Shown: one piece after another, positions 23,842 to 24,558 of the stretch
Numbering within the stretch: the first letter of the stretch is position 1
How the letters are laid out: the number at the start of each line of letters is the position of its first letter
Assembly: GCA_964610865.1 (NCBI GenBank)
Contig: CAZSWX010000001.1
Coordinates: forward strand, 1-24,558
Origin: an uncultured Enterobacteriaceae bacterium
GTDB lineage: Bacteria > Desulfobacterota > Binatia > Bin18
Direction: 5' to 3'
DNA length: 24,558 nt
Position numbers and translations under genes: made by a program
The notes under the pieces: model-generated
Told to the model about the DNA's origin: nothing
The model's input: only the letters and a program-made list of their open reading frames with translations
The model's database searches: none

Positions 23842-24558
23842 CTAAACTTGGGTTGAACCAAGCAAATTACCACCAAGGGAAGGGTGCCCCACACTCTTAT
23901 CCCCGAACACATTAATGAGCGATGTTTTGCCCGAGTTGAGGGCACGCTCGAGGGCGGGGACTATCTCGTCTGGTTGTTCGACGTGTTCCGTGTAGACGCC
24001 CATCGGTTCGAACACTTTATCGTATCTAATGTCTTTGACCATATCGAATGGGTCGGTTCGGCCCTTCAGCAATGGCATCGATTCGAACGTCGGACCCCAC
24101 GAGCTGTTGTTCCAGAGCAGCGTAACGATCGGGATTTTGTATTTGGCCGCGGTTTCCATGTCCATGCCGCCGATACCAAGGCCGCCGTCTCCACTGACGA
24201 CAACGACTTGCTTGCCGGGCCGGCCAAGCTGCACACCTATTCCCATCCCGACCCCGTGGCCTACTGGAGCGAGGGGTCCAGCGTCGACAATCTGACCGGG
24301 CTCGTGGGCGGTGAACCATTGGCTCGTGTATCCGCTCAGGGTAAAACTATCCACGATTAAGGTGGCGTCTTTATCGATAACCGTAGTGAGGTCTTTGGCG
24401 AGCCGGTCCGGGTGTATCGGATTTGAGGCGTGATTTTTAGTTTCACGGTCGCTAATCAGTTTATTGTAATTGGCTCTTACTTCCACCATTTTTTGAACCC
24501 AGGGGTTCTCACGTTTACGACCGAAATCGAGTTTCATTTCCTTGATTGCATCGATCAT
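23842..24558 (-). CDS. Thiamine-diphosphate-dependent enzyme (acetolactate synthase / 2-hydroxyacyl-CoA lyase-like), 5' part outside the window
   Basis: The C-terminal ThDP-binding domain has SGDGGLG...LWNNSSWG, NPIHPDRL and GHGVGMGIGVQL. The frame is open to the window edge, so the first Met in the track is probably internal. Confidence 0.9.
   Translation of the reverse strand: MIDAIKEMKLDFGRKRENPWVQKMVEVRANYNKLISDRETKNHASNPIHPDRLAKDLTTVIDKDATLIVDSFTLSGYTSQWFTAHEPGQIVDAGPLAPVGHGVGMGIGVQLGRPGKQVVVVSGDGGLGIGGMDMETAAKYKIPIVTLLWNNSSWGPTFESMPLLKGRTDPFDMVKDIRYDKVFEPMGVYTEHVEQPDEIVPALERALNSGKTSLINVFGDKSVGHPSLGGNLLGSTQV

Noticed and set aside
1-24558. CRISPR arrays, IS elements, rRNA, toxin-antitoxin or defence systems
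   Set aside because: No regularly spaced repeats, transposase or integrase motifs, or rRNA-like sequence were seen by eye, and nearly all the sequence is explained by the listed genes.

Overview
Bacterial chromosomal window, gene-dense and mostly housekeeping. Gene content and order suggest a Gram-negative, Deltaproteobacteria-like organism (inference only). From left to right: a minus-strand lipid A block (gnnA-like oxidoreductase, lpxB, msbA, and a DUF374 acyltransferase that runs off the left edge and is missing from the ORF track); a secreted hypothetical protein; lexA coupled to hemW; a dual-specificity phosphatase; a limonene-1,2-epoxide hydrolase family gene followed by citrate synthase; a D-2-hydroxyacid dehydrogenase; a crotonase-family enzyme with a His/Asp dyad; a membrane protein; fabI; a minus-strand run surE-iscS-mnmA-mtaB-rnc-pyrD behind tRNA-Pro(GGG) and its terminator; a 91-aa stand-alone protein resembling the LarE C-terminal domain; a plus-strand run of HAD phosphatase, alpha/beta hydrolase, atypical SDR, hisN and a DsbA/FrnE-like gene; and the 3' part of a ThDP-dependent enzyme. 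The strongest hidden signal is that the DsbA/FrnE-like gene probably starts at 23114, not 23219, and reads through an in-frame TGA in a U-P-W-C redox motif followed by a SECIS-like hairpin, making it a likely selenoprotein. No mobile element, CRISPR array or rRNA was seen. All assignments come from motif recognition by eye; no database searches were run.
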